DNA of 62,499 nucleotides from an uncultured Candidatus Poseidoniales archaeon (GTDB taxonomy: Archaea > Thermoplasmatota > Poseidoniia > Poseidoniales > Poseidoniaceae): positions 1-62,499 of the forward strand of contig CAZWXR010000001.1 in the NCBI GenBank assembly GCA_964637985.1, read 5' to 3'. The position numbers and the translations under genes were made by a program. Positions within the stretch are counted from its first letter, which is position 1. The number at the start of each line of letters is the position of its first letter. This document shows positions 17,407-26,624 of this stretch, in pieces. The notes below the pieces were generated by a model. The model searched no databases and was not told the DNA's origin. It saw only the letters and a program-made list of their open reading frames with translations.

Positions 17407-19431
17407 TTAAGCTACCAATTTGATGGTCTTTTGACAACCATTACAGGCAAATCGATGAGGTCGTTCATCTGTTGTGACTGCGTTGAGTGTCTGGCATGCT
17501 GGACATGGTATCTTAGGATAGGTGGCTGCCGCTTGGATGAGCGATGCATCTCTCGGGCTGAATATTGCTGTTATCCACCATATCAAGACGATAAATGCGA
17601 CACTCACGCCGATGAAGAGCGGTGGATATGCGAAAATGTACACCAAAAGTGCAACTGGCATCAGTGCCAACTCCAACATGAGAACATTTTTCTTACGATA
17701 GGCCGAAATTTTCAGTGCAATGTAAAATGCACCTATGAACGAAACAAGGAGGGCAAGACCAAGAATTAATGGTGAATATCCAATCGAAGTCGTTGGGATT
17801 GACGATAATGTGAAACTCTCGTCTTGTTCGATATCTTGGCCTTTCAAGATAATCGTGTCATAGAAAGGTGTTCGTATTGTTTGCAACTCAAAGGCATCTG
17901 ACTCGGATAACTTTGTGCTGGTTAAACCGGTCATCATCGAAGTTGTAATTTCGAGTTGTAGGTCGAATGTACTCCATATTTTTGCAGGCTGAACAACAAC
18001 AAAATCACGAATGAAATCGAATCGCTCTTGGTCTTCAATATGCTCAACCGTTGTGAAAATAAGTGTGATAGGATGTGGTTTTACAGCTGTTTCACCATGT
18101 AAGTCAACTGTAACATCGATTGCATCAAAGTCATTGAAATCGCCTACGATTTCCTTCGCATCTAAGCCTAGGCCTTGTGTAATGTACAATGTTCCTAATT
18201 TGACGAGTTGGCGTTCAAATTCTCCAATTTCAACTGGTTCGATAAATCTGCTTACACGATCATCGTCTGTGACACTACCTGCATTAAACGCCCTTAGAGC
18301 CGAGGAATGAGCAGGATTGTCGTCACCAATATGGTCAAGACCCCACCTCATCCAAAATGCCATTTCATCTTGGATTGTGAGAACTGTGGATTTTTCCATC
18401 ACAATGCCATTGGAGTCCGAAGAAATATCTGCTTGGATATCAATATTCAATCGACTTCCGACACCGTTTGTTCGCAGGGGTTCATCCGGTGGGTAATACG
18501 TACCCGTACCACCGCCAGTGTCTGAAGTAGTCACTTCAACTGATGTAGAGCCTTGCATTGCAGGGCGACCTTGTTGAAAGACCAACCGAACTTCGACATT
18601 GATCATTTCTGAACCACCCTTTGCATCAGTCCATGTCCATGTGACTCGAATGAGGTCGCCACTTCCTGTTTCAATTGGGTCACCTGTTACTAAGACACCG
18701 TTGACATACAAATCAAGCGATTCAGTGAGGGCAAGAGTCGACATACCCCACGGTGATTCCAATGAAAGTGGGATGTAGACATCCTTACCTTCGATTTCTG
18801 GTTCAATGAGACGAATGTCAACAAGGGGGATTGTCACTTCGAGCGACGAGTCGTATTCATCAGTTCCCCATCGAAATTCTAGAGCCGAATCACTTGTTGG
18901 CACTTGAAAGACGATTGCCTGAGCAGCAAGTTCAATCTCAATTGTATTCGACGCTGAAATAATAAAAGAATCAACTGGAATGTCGAAGTTCAGCACGCCT
19001 TCTCCTTGAGATAAGAATGAGTTGCCAGGTGACGTTACACCGCTGAAACTTTTAGAACCAATTCGGACTGTAGCCGTGGCATTAATTTGAGCACCTGCGG
19101 CTTCTGATAGATCGTAATGGATGCCAAATGACCATGTTGAATCGGGTACTGTTCCTGCCCAAACTGAGTTTAATTCCCAAATACCAATGGACTCTTGAGA
19201 GGCGATTGTCGATGAGATAGGGATTGATTGCACATCATCTCCCAACTCTTGCAGAAACGGAGTCAATTTTTTGTTGCTTTGGCTACCGATGAGGTACAAA
19301 TCGACTTCAGATGCATCACAACAGATGAGGACATCCTCCTCGCTTTGTGCGGCAACATTGTTGGGTAGCGGCATCATGACCAAGAGGAATAAAGCAAAGA
19401 TGAAGAGTGCTCTTTTCTTCATAATTCCCAA
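17407..19431 (-). CDS. membrane protein (674 aa): signal peptide, large ectodomain, three C-terminal TM helices and a terminal zinc ribbon
   Basis: Signal peptide ALFIFALFLLVMMPLPNNVAA. C-terminal hydrophobic helices LILGLALLVSFIGAFYIAL, LALMPVALLVYIFAY and IGVSVAFIVLIWWITAIF. Ends CPACQTLNAV...FACNGCQKTIKLVA. Confidence 0.7.
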   Translation of the reverse strand: MGIMKKRALFIFALFLLVMMPLPNNVAAQSEEDVLICCDASEVDLYLIGSQSNKKLTPFLQELGDDVQSIPISSTIASQESIGIWELNSVWAGTVPDSTWSFGIHYDLSEAAGAQINATATVRIGSKSFSGVTSPGNSFLSQGEGVLNFDIPVDSFIISASNTIEIELAAQAIVFQVPTSDSALEFRWGTDEYDSSLEVTIPLVDIRLIEPEIEGKDVYIPLSLESPWGMSTLALTESLDLYVNGVLVTGDPIETGSGDLIRVTWTWTDAKGGSEMINVEVRLVFQQGRPAMQGSTSVEVTTSDTGGGTGTYYPPDEPLRTNGVGSRLNIDIQADISSDSNGIVMEKSTVLTIQDEMAFWMRWGLDHIGDDNPAHSSALRAFNAGSVTDDDRVSRFIEPVEIGEFERQLVKLGTLYITQGLGLDAKEIVGDFNDFDAIDVTVDLHGETAVKPHPITLIFTTVEHIEDQERFDFIRDFVVVQPAKIWSTFDLQLEITTSMMTGLTSTKLSESDAFELQTIRTPFYDTIILKGQDIEQDESFTLSSIPTTSIGYSPLILGLALLVSFIGAFYIALKISAYRKKNVLMLELALMPVALLVYIFAYPPLFIGVSVAFIVLIWWITAIFSPRDASLIQAAATYPKIPCPACQTLNAVTTDERPHRFACNGCQKTIKLVA

Positions 19432-19489
19432 ACCACCGATGAAACACTATCACTTAAGGGAAACTGTGCATTGATTGAACAATATGCGA

Positions 19490-19861
19490 TTACAGTGCTT
19501 TTTCAAGTAATGCACCGAGTTCTTTTTCGAACAATGTCACAAGAGCATCGCCAACTTCCCCTTGGAGTTCATCAGGCAACAATCTGAGACCGAGGCGAGT
19601 TGCAGCACGAGTGGCTTTTAATTCAGCGTAAATGCTACGAGCCTTCGAATGGAAGTAATACGCCACTGCTTCTTTAATTTCTTCTCTTAATTCTGGGTCA
19701 GCATCAATTTTCGACCGTACATGGGCTTTGAGTTCATCTTTTACTAAATCTCGAAATGCTTCGATGACGAGGTCTTCAGTTGACAAAAGATCCTTGAGTT
19801 GAGTTTGAATGCTTCCCGTGAGTAAACGTTCAATGGCCATGTTCGCCCGAGGCGATGTCAT
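19490..19861 (-). CDS. hypothetical all-helical protein (123 aa)
   Basis: ORF 16 nt downstream of the 307-aa gene on the same strand, with charged amphipathic composition. No motif recognised. Confidence 0.5.
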   Translation of the reverse strand: MTSPRANMAIERLLTGSIQTQLKDLLSTEDLVIEAFRDLVKDELKAHVRSKIDADPELREEIKEAVAYYFHSKARSIYAELKATRAATRLGLRLLPDELQGEVGDALVTLFEKELGALLEKAL

Positions 19862-19877
19862 GTATCAAACTCACGCA

Positions 19878-20801
19878 TCAAACAATCGGGAGTTTTTGGG
19901 TGGTGAGCATCACATCAGTTGTTTTAGATGCAAAAAGCGCTGCAGATTTCTCTTCGTTTGGCCATGCCGCTTTTAGCAAGTGGATACAACTTGCAAAGTC
20001 CAATTCCTCATCCCCAGAAAGTACTCGATTCCAAATGAGTTCTTCATAGCGTGCTGTCGAAATATTTTGGTTGGACACACCCACGAGTGCTAATTCAGAT
20101 AACGACTGGCAACGTTGGTCAAAATCCATCGCAGACCAACGGCCTGTTAAACGAAGCAGCATGCGAGGCGAAATTTCCGGAATCATATCAATCACGGGCT
20201 TTGGAACTTCTGGAAGAGGGACGACTCGAATAGTACCTTCTTCCTGTAAGTGATTGCGAATCATCGTGTACATTGGGTCAATGGTTTGGTCCATAACACC
20301 TCGACACCACAATCCCAACCCGGAATATTGCCTCATCGCTCTCGAAATTTTTCCATTCGGGGCCAGTAACGAGGCTAGAATACTCGAAATAAAGACGACA
20401 TCCAATGAACCTGTATGTTGTCGATCAGATTGTTTAAACTCAAGATTCACTTCAATGGGTTGTATTCGAATACTCTGCTCATTCATTTCGATGTCTGATA
20501 CAGGAATGTGTTCAGATTCAACGTCAAGAAGGAGGGTCAAACCTTGGAATTGATTCACATTCATGGTTTGCTGGTCTTTTGGAAGGTGATTTTTTGATGG
20601 TGTAAATCGTCGACTAAAAATTTGCTTTGAATCTAAGAATGAAGACTCCAGTTGAATTGTTGCGAGCATGCCTTCAATGGTCGATGGAACCAAGATGCGT
20701 ATGTTTTCAGCCTGTTGAATCAACTGCGAGAGGTTGGTAAACCAAGGCTCCAAATCTCGAAGTGCTAGGAGTTGAAAGAAGGATTTCATGACACTCGTCA
20801 T
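19878..20801 (-). CDS. hypothetical protein (307 aa); possibly a degenerate DHH-fold (RecJ/Cdc45-like) protein
   Basis: Directly downstream of rps15 on the same strand. NIRILVPSTIEGMLATIQL resembles DHH motif I (I-x-x-H-x-D-x-DG-x-x-S) with the catalytic residues replaced, and LLLDVESEHI resembles motif II. No DHH or GGGH motif is present. Weak call. Confidence 0.45.
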   Translation of the reverse strand: MTSVMKSFFQLLALRDLEPWFTNLSQLIQQAENIRILVPSTIEGMLATIQLESSFLDSKQIFSRRFTPSKNHLPKDQQTMNVNQFQGLTLLLDVESEHIPVSDIEMNEQSIRIQPIEVNLEFKQSDRQHTGSLDVVFISSILASLLAPNGKISRAMRQYSGLGLWCRGVMDQTIDPMYTMIRNHLQEEGTIRVVPLPEVPKPVIDMIPEISPRMLLRLTGRWSAMDFDQRCQSLSELALVGVSNQNISTARYEELIWNRVLSGDEELDFASCIHLLKAAWPNEEKSAALFASKTTDVMLTTQKLPIV

Positions 20802-20851
20802 GACCTCAAGACAACTCTACATGAAGTTGACTGTAAGGCGATGATGGGTCT

Positions 20852-21313
20852 TCACTCAACCATCAATCGTAGTTCATCTCTCTTGTATCGCCATTCTTCA
20901 GGAAGTCGGCCTGATTTCTTGTAGTAATTTGCAAGTCGGCGGATTTTCCCTTCGGTTAGTTCGAGAGCACGCTTATTGTGGAGGTCTTTGTGATTGCGTC
21001 CTGTACCAAGGTGGTTGATGATGCGGACGGCTTGTCTCATAAGATTCATCATATCCTCAGGGTATGAACCACGGACACCGTTGTCGTTTAGAATTTGACC
21101 AATTCTTTTTCCAGTGACAAGACGTACACTTGGCACAGCATGTTGGTCACGAAGGATGGTTCCAATCTCTGCTGTGGAATGACCCGCCTTCGCAAGGTCA
21201 AGAATTTTTGATTCAATGGAGGATTTGTCGGTGTTGGACCATTTTGGTGCCTCTGACACATTTGGTCGAGTTGAACCACTTTTTCCTTTTTTAGAGGTAT
21301 ACATTCGTGCCAT
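20852..21313 (-). CDS. rps15: 30S ribosomal protein uS15 (S15P/S13e)
   Basis: MARMYTSKKGKSGSTRP N-terminus and C-terminal KDLHNKRALELTEGKIRRLANYYK. The track start at 21346 is GTG and the ATG is at 21313. Confidence 0.9.
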   Translation of the reverse strand: MARMYTSKKGKSGSTRPNVSEAPKWSNTDKSSIESKILDLAKAGHSTAEIGTILRDQHAVPSVRLVTGKRIGQILNDNGVRGSYPEDMMNLMRQAVRIINHLGTGRNHKDLHNKRALELTEGKIRRLANYYKKSGRLPEEWRYKRDELRLMVE

Positions 21314-21377
21314 AGTAAGTCCCCGAGTAGTTCTCCGAAAAAACACCCCTTCTTAATCACTTTGCTGTTGAATGGAA

Positions 21378-23144
21378 TCATTTCTTCTGATGCAATTTGG
21401 CCAATGCACCAATCCCAGATTGCCATTCCCAACCAGGTGCAAGAATTCTTGCTAAGCCAATTGGCTTACCACTTTGGCATACTAGCACATCATCGTCCTT
21501 CCGAAGATCACCATCATGTGCTTTGATCATGTGAGGGAAAATGTCACCCTTCAATTTGACACCTTCGTGTAACTCAATCGACTGCAATGCTCGATGTGCA
21601 AATAGCCGATCTATTGCGGCTTTAGAAAACGAAAATGCATTTCTATCGATGGACCAAACTGCAATTTGCTCGCCACCGAATTCAATTCTCCATCGGGGTG
21701 GCTTTCCCCGAATATCACAACCCTCTAGCCAAGATGAAGATTTGAGATTCTTCTCCGATATGGATTCAAACCTCTGCATGTTTGAATGACTTGATTTTAT
21801 TCTTTGAATCCCAAATGTTTCAATTGCTTGTTTGATTGACTCATCTAAGTTCCTAAGTGATTCGGAGGTTAGTGCTCCTTGGCCTTTCCTCGTATCGATG
21901 ACATTTTCATGCAGAGCTGAAACATCAATTGTTGAATGATTGATAATTTGTTTAAATTGGTGCCGTTCGAGGAAACATCTCAATGTTTCAATAATACGCG
22001 AAACTTCATCATCTGACCAGACCCCAGTCACAGGAATATCGTAATGTGATGCTGGCCAGACATCTTCTAAATTTCTTGGGACGAGACCCAAAGGAGATGT
22101 GACCATCAATTGTTCAAATCTATGGTTGCCAATAATATCAAGAAACTTTGAATGCGACTTCGAAAGGCGGTATGGCTTCCTATCAGAGCATGGCAACAAT
22201 AGAAGAACATCTTGATGGCTTTCACGACTTCGATATTGATGTTGAATAAATGAAGCCCAATCATGAATTAATGGGTCAGAAAAAGATTGAAACGAATAAC
22301 ACTGAAACGAATGCTTTGCATCAACATTTCTTGCAAGAACACCTTTCTCCTTAGAAACAAGGGTTCTGTGGTGGCGTAGATGCTCGACAAGTCGAGGGCT
22401 ATTCAACGCCTGTTGCTCTGCAAGTTCACGAAGTGTTCCATTCACAAACGAAGAATGAATCAATTTTTTCGATTCTTCCCAATAACGAAGTTGTTCCTCA
22501 AATTGATATGTTTCACCTTGAAGACAAGGACGCAAACCATGAGAAGTCAGGTAAGTTCCTTCAATTTCAGCCTCTCTGCATCTCGCAAGGTCAAAGAGGT
22601 CAACACCAAGCCATGTCAAGACAGCGATATTATCAGGGCCGCCGATTGCAGGTGTCCACAACAAAGCGCCGGGAAATGCCTTCTTAATCGAAAGAATAGC
22701 CTCAACAAGTTTACTACCTTGCTGAGCGAGTTGTAACGCATCAGTAAGTACGACAATTTCTGGTTGAACTTCTAAATCCAACAACTTCGGGTCATGATGT
22801 AACCGCTGCCACGATAGCGGAAGCAGAGATGTGGAAGATGCTTTTTCTCCCGCATCAGCATTATCCAAAGAAGGAGGCAACACATGGCCTATATTTGCCT
22901 CAAACGTCGGTCCCTCTTCATCAAAATGTGGCGGTTCAAGTGGGAGTAGACTACGAATGTGTAATTCTCTAGGAAGGGTGTTTGTGGTTGATGAAGCAAA
23001 AGGAGCAACAGTTGGTCGTAGGTCTTCATGTTCTAATTGAACCAGACAGGGCGTCGTCACAACTGGCTCTTTGCGGTCACCTAGACCAATGCAGCGGGCA
23101 TAGCGGTCACGGTAAAGAACGACCTTTCCAATCACCCCAGCCAT
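21378..23144 (-). CDS. arcS: archaeosine synthase ArcS (TGT-like N-domain, PC-x3-KPY domain, C-terminal PUA)
   Basis: LLLPCSDRKPY matches the PC-x3-KPY motif. PUA-like C-terminus (DLRKDDDVLVCQSGKPIGLARILAPGWEW). The 588 aa length is typical of ArcS. Confidence 0.8.
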   Translation of the reverse strand: MAGVIGKVVLYRDRYARCIGLGDRKEPVVTTPCLVQLEHEDLRPTVAPFASSTTNTLPRELHIRSLLPLEPPHFDEEGPTFEANIGHVLPPSLDNADAGEKASSTSLLPLSWQRLHHDPKLLDLEVQPEIVVLTDALQLAQQGSKLVEAILSIKKAFPGALLWTPAIGGPDNIAVLTWLGVDLFDLARCREAEIEGTYLTSHGLRPCLQGETYQFEEQLRYWEESKKLIHSSFVNGTLRELAEQQALNSPRLVEHLRHHRTLVSKEKGVLARNVDAKHSFQCYSFQSFSDPLIHDWASFIQHQYRSRESHQDVLLLLPCSDRKPYRLSKSHSKFLDIIGNHRFEQLMVTSPLGLVPRNLEDVWPASHYDIPVTGVWSDDEVSRIIETLRCFLERHQFKQIINHSTIDVSALHENVIDTRKGQGALTSESLRNLDESIKQAIETFGIQRIKSSHSNMQRFESISEKNLKSSSWLEGCDIRGKPPRWRIEFGGEQIAVWSIDRNAFSFSKAAIDRLFAHRALQSIELHEGVKLKGDIFPHMIKAHDGDLRKDDDVLVCQSGKPIGLARILAPGWEWQSGIGALAKLHQKK

Positions 23145-23227
23145 GGTATGTCGTCACAACTCGACTTCTTGAACAATTTGAAGAAAATGAGGGCAGATTT
23201 TGAAAACCTTGAACACAAGGCAGGAAC

Positions 23228-25441
23228 ATGCAAGGAGAAAATCGATGGCTTCTCCTTTCAACAATGATGCTCCTCAGCCTCGTTACCGGCGTACAAAACA
23301 CTGCTGCACATTCAGTTGAAATTGACCATCTAACAGGCAATTCGATGCATGAAATCCAAGGAATAGAACAGGAAACGTACCAATTCTCACTTGAGATCAA
23401 CGAAGGCTTGAGCAACATTGTCGATGTATCATGCACTTCGTGCACCGTGAGCATACTTCTCAACGACGAGGAAACACATGGACAGCAGCAAGTCTTCGAA
23501 AGTGATGTGAATACAAGTGCAATGCTTACCATAGATTCCCATGAACGACAATTGATTATACTCAAAACTTTTCTTAGCGTAAGTCATCACGGGCTAACCA
23601 CACGACCATCGCCATCCGAAACCGTTGAGATGCAAAATATATCGCTCTGTGACATTCGTTCTTTCTGTTTTCAACATCATGAACAGTCGCTGCGAAATAT
23701 TCAATTTTTCAATCAACAAGAGGTGGAAATTCATGCTGGAAAAATAGCGGATGGGTTGGATGATTACATCGTATTTCAAGCTACAAAGGGAGCCACAGTT
23801 GAGTTGAATTGGCACCATTTGACTGGTGACATCACGACAACAGCCTATTTTCAACATGGCGGAAGTGAACTTCAATTAATTTCACCAAGGCTTATTCAAC
23901 CCATTCAATTGTTAAAGCAGTTCGGTATTGTATACAACACAATGTATCTTCAAATCCCGGATGATGGTCGAATTATTTTGAAATTCCAAGCCGAAAATCC
24001 AACTGACTATTACGCTCTTTCATTGGTGTCATACGAGAAGATGTCAAACGTCACAACCTCATTTGATGTTGAGGATTCAACGGCCTTTGTCGGTCATGGA
24101 ACACATCAAATTGCATTTGAATGGCCTGTGGCTCATTCAATACTTCTTACCAATGGGCCTCATCAAATTCAAATGAATATTACCTTTTTTGCAGGCGTTG
24201 AATTAAAAGATGAAGGTCAAGTCATTATGCCATACCAGCAAGTAAAAATTTACCCTTACCCGAACACAACGGCTGGGAAATTCAATATTTTTTCAAATCA
24301 GACATTCACGTTTGATGTCGAATTAGCAAACTTTGCTGATGCATCAAGCATGAGGGATGCACAAGGATACGTACCCTCCGGAAATCTTAGCCAATTATCT
24401 TCGAATTGGATTCTTCTCAATGTCACAGAAAATTACAATGCACAACTGACCTTATCAGTTTTTGATACAAGTGATACATATTTGTTTTACATCGATGGCT
24501 GGGAAGAATCAGTTCATTTCGTTGAATTCAAAATCGAGGGAACAATCGAAGGACTTGAAGTCCAACTTTGGGACATTAACCCAAGCACTCATGAGGAAAT
24601 ATTTTCAAGCACTGGGATAAAATCATCAACTGAAATTCGAATAGGCCAACAGGTTGGTCACGGCCACCATATTTTGCAAATACGACATCAAGACCCACTC
24701 AATGTCACACCAGCAGAATTTGGCACGGATACGCCTCCTCTTCTGTACACAATCACTTCGACGTACCAACTCATCGATGAAGGGGAAGAACCATGGTTCC
24801 CACCAGATGATGAGGCGATGGCTTGGGGTGAATTCGTTCGATGGCTGTTAGGATTTCTGTTGATTGTTCCTGCAATCTTCTTATTCATAGCAAAGAAAAG
24901 AAATGATCGCTTCACCACAGAAATTTTGTCAAAAAGGAATCGGCTCGATTGGCTAAAATCTCAACTTGATTCGGGTGAAGTTTCTTCGAGTGGGTCACGT
25001 AAAAATTTGCTTCGAAGTTTAGCAGCCTTGCAATCTGTTACATGGAAAGAAGGTACGAGTTCATGGGGTCCGCCGTCATTACAACACACAACAGAAGGTC
25101 TAGAATTCATGGTTTGGGAACTTGACAAGAGATTATCTACAGATGAAAATGCTTTGCCATATCTCATAGGCGTCTACGCTAAAGAAGGTTCTTGGGACCT
25201 TGCAGTTGTGAGAATCGAAGCACCTGAAGGTTCGCCTTTCAAAATTGTTCAATGTGCTCCAAAATTCCTCTTCCGAGGTGAGGAGGTGTTTATCGATACA
25301 CTTCTGCACGGCCAATTGACATATTTCCAAATTGATGTGCTTGGTTCATCGAAACGGGTTGAATTTGAATTGAATGGTAGACTAGACGGACAGCCATTTG
25401 CCGCAAAAATCCCTCATTCACTCTCGCTAGAGGAAGAATGA
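23228..25441 (+). CDS. bitopic membrane protein (737 aa) with ectodomain and an about 190-aa globular cytoplasmic domain
   Basis: Signal peptide WLLLSTMMLLSLVTGVQNTAA. Single TM helix WLLGFLLIVPAIFLFIA followed by KKRNDR (positive-inside). The C-terminal domain is not low-complexity and ends LSLEEE. Confidence 0.7.
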   Translation: MQGENRWLLLSTMMLLSLVTGVQNTAAHSVEIDHLTGNSMHEIQGIEQETYQFSLEINEGLSNIVDVSCTSCTVSILLNDEETHGQQQVFESDVNTSAMLTIDSHERQLIILKTFLSVSHHGLTTRPSPSETVEMQNISLCDIRSFCFQHHEQSLRNIQFFNQQEVEIHAGKIADGLDDYIVFQATKGATVELNWHHLTGDITTTAYFQHGGSELQLISPRLIQPIQLLKQFGIVYNTMYLQIPDDGRIILKFQAENPTDYYALSLVSYEKMSNVTTSFDVEDSTAFVGHGTHQIAFEWPVAHSILLTNGPHQIQMNITFFAGVELKDEGQVIMPYQQVKIYPYPNTTAGKFNIFSNQTFTFDVELANFADASSMRDAQGYVPSGNLSQLSSNWILLNVTENYNAQLTLSVFDTSDTYLFYIDGWEESVHFVEFKIEGTIEGLEVQLWDINPSTHEEIFSSTGIKSSTEIRIGQQVGHGHHILQIRHQDPLNVTPAEFGTDTPPLLYTITSTYQLIDEGEEPWFPPDDEAMAWGEFVRWLLGFLLIVPAIFLFIAKKRNDRFTTEILSKRNRLDWLKSQLDSGEVSSSGSRKNLLRSLAALQSVTWKEGTSSWGPPSLQHTTEGLEFMVWELDKRLSTDENALPYLIGVYAKEGSWDLAVVRIEAPEGSPFKIVQCAPKFLFRGEEVFIDTLLHGQLTYFQIDVLGSSKRVEFELNGRLDGQPFAAKIPHSLSLEEE

Positions 25442-25444
25442 CAA

Positions 25445-26563
25445 TCAACGACGTCGTTCTTCAGAATCTTCTAAAATTCTCTTCAAGATGTCGTTTGGTG
25501 CAAGTTCTTCCCGAAGTGATGTGAGTGCTTTCTTCGCATCTTTTCCAATTTTTTTGGGCATGTGTAATTTCAATAAAACAACGACATCGCCATTGCGTCC
25601 TGAGCGAGGATGTGGTAAACCACGTTTACGTATGGTCAAGGTTTCCCCTGAATTTGATAGAGGTGGCACCTTAATTTCCAACATTGCACCATCAATGTGC
25701 TCAAGTTCAACCGTCGTTCCCAACGCAAGGTCGCTGTAACCTAAAGGAAGAGACATAATCAAATCAGAACCACTTCGCTCAAACCATGGATGTGGCTCTA
25801 TTTCTATTTCGATGAATAAATCGCCAGGTTCACCATTTGCAAAGGAGGATGGCTCTCCTTTTCCTCTCATTCGTAAGCGAGTTCCATTTTCAGCACCCTT
25901 TGGAACTTGAAAACGCAAGGTTGTCGACTGCAATGTATTGCCTTGACCAGTACAATCATCACAAGATTGAATCGGCGTTGAGCCGAGGCCACTACAATCA
26001 CCGCATGGGCGAACAGTCGATTGTACAAATGGTCCAATTTGTTCACGAACCTGAATTTGTCCTTGTCCGCGACAAGGTTGACACACCTCTAATTTTGCAT
26101 CTTTGGCACCAGTACCATCACAGGATTCACATGCTTGAGGGAGGTCAAGGGTAACTTCTTCTTGTGTTCCGTTATACACATCGGTGTAATCCACAGTGTG
26201 GCGCACAAGAATATCTGAACCCCTTCGTTGCCTTGTGCGACGACGACCTCCTCCAAATAAATTTGAAAACAAATCACCACCAAATAAATCTTCGAGATTG
26301 ATATTGAATCCTCCTTCAAATCCTGAAAATGGATGGCCTGATGGTCCGGAATGCCCAAACCGATCGTATTGGGCACGTTTTTGACTATCTGAAAGTACGG
26401 CATAGGCTTCTTGAATCTCTTTGAATTTCGACTCTGCATCTGGTTCAGTGCTTCTGTCGGGATGATACTTTCGTGCTAACCTGCGGAAGGCGTTTTTGAG
26501 GTCTTTCTCACTCGCATCTTTTCCGACTTCGAGAATTTCATAGTAATCTCGCTTGTCCGACAT
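25445..26563 (-). CDS. dnaJ: chaperone DnaJ (type I)
   Basis: J domain with HPD (KYHPDRS), a G/F region, and four CxxCxGxG repeats (CESCDGTG, CQPCRGQG, CGDCSGLG, CDDCTGQG). The ATG at 26563 is preceded by GGGAGGGTG. The track start at 26569 is GTG. Confidence 0.95.
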   Translation of the reverse strand: MSDKRDYYEILEVGKDASEKDLKNAFRRLARKYHPDRSTEPDAESKFKEIQEAYAVLSDSQKRAQYDRFGHSGPSGHPFSGFEGGFNINLEDLFGGDLFSNLFGGGRRRTRQRRGSDILVRHTVDYTDVYNGTQEEVTLDLPQACESCDGTGAKDAKLEVCQPCRGQGQIQVREQIGPFVQSTVRPCGDCSGLGSTPIQSCDDCTGQGNTLQSTTLRFQVPKGAENGTRLRMRGKGEPSSFANGEPGDLFIEIEIEPHPWFERSGSDLIMSLPLGYSDLALGTTVELEHIDGAMLEIKVPPLSNSGETLTIRKRGLPHPRSGRNGDVVVLLKLHMPKKIGKDAKKALTSLREELAPNDILKRILEDSEERRR

Positions 26564-26624
26564 GAACACCCTCCCTATAATTAGGCGACAAAAACCACTC
26601 TTTGAACATCACGCTTCGATTACT

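Noticed and set aside
21088-21432. 114-aa ORF overlapping rps15 and the arcS 3' end
   Set aside because: It is an alternative frame of a highly recognisable ribosomal protein gene and has no independent support.
25445-26563. Expectation of a dnaK-grpE-dnaJ operon
   Set aside because: Neither neighbour is dnaK or grpE; the flanking genes are a zinc-ribbon membrane protein and the convergent 737-aa membrane protein. dnaJ is therefore stand-alone here, which is not unusual enough to report as a finding.
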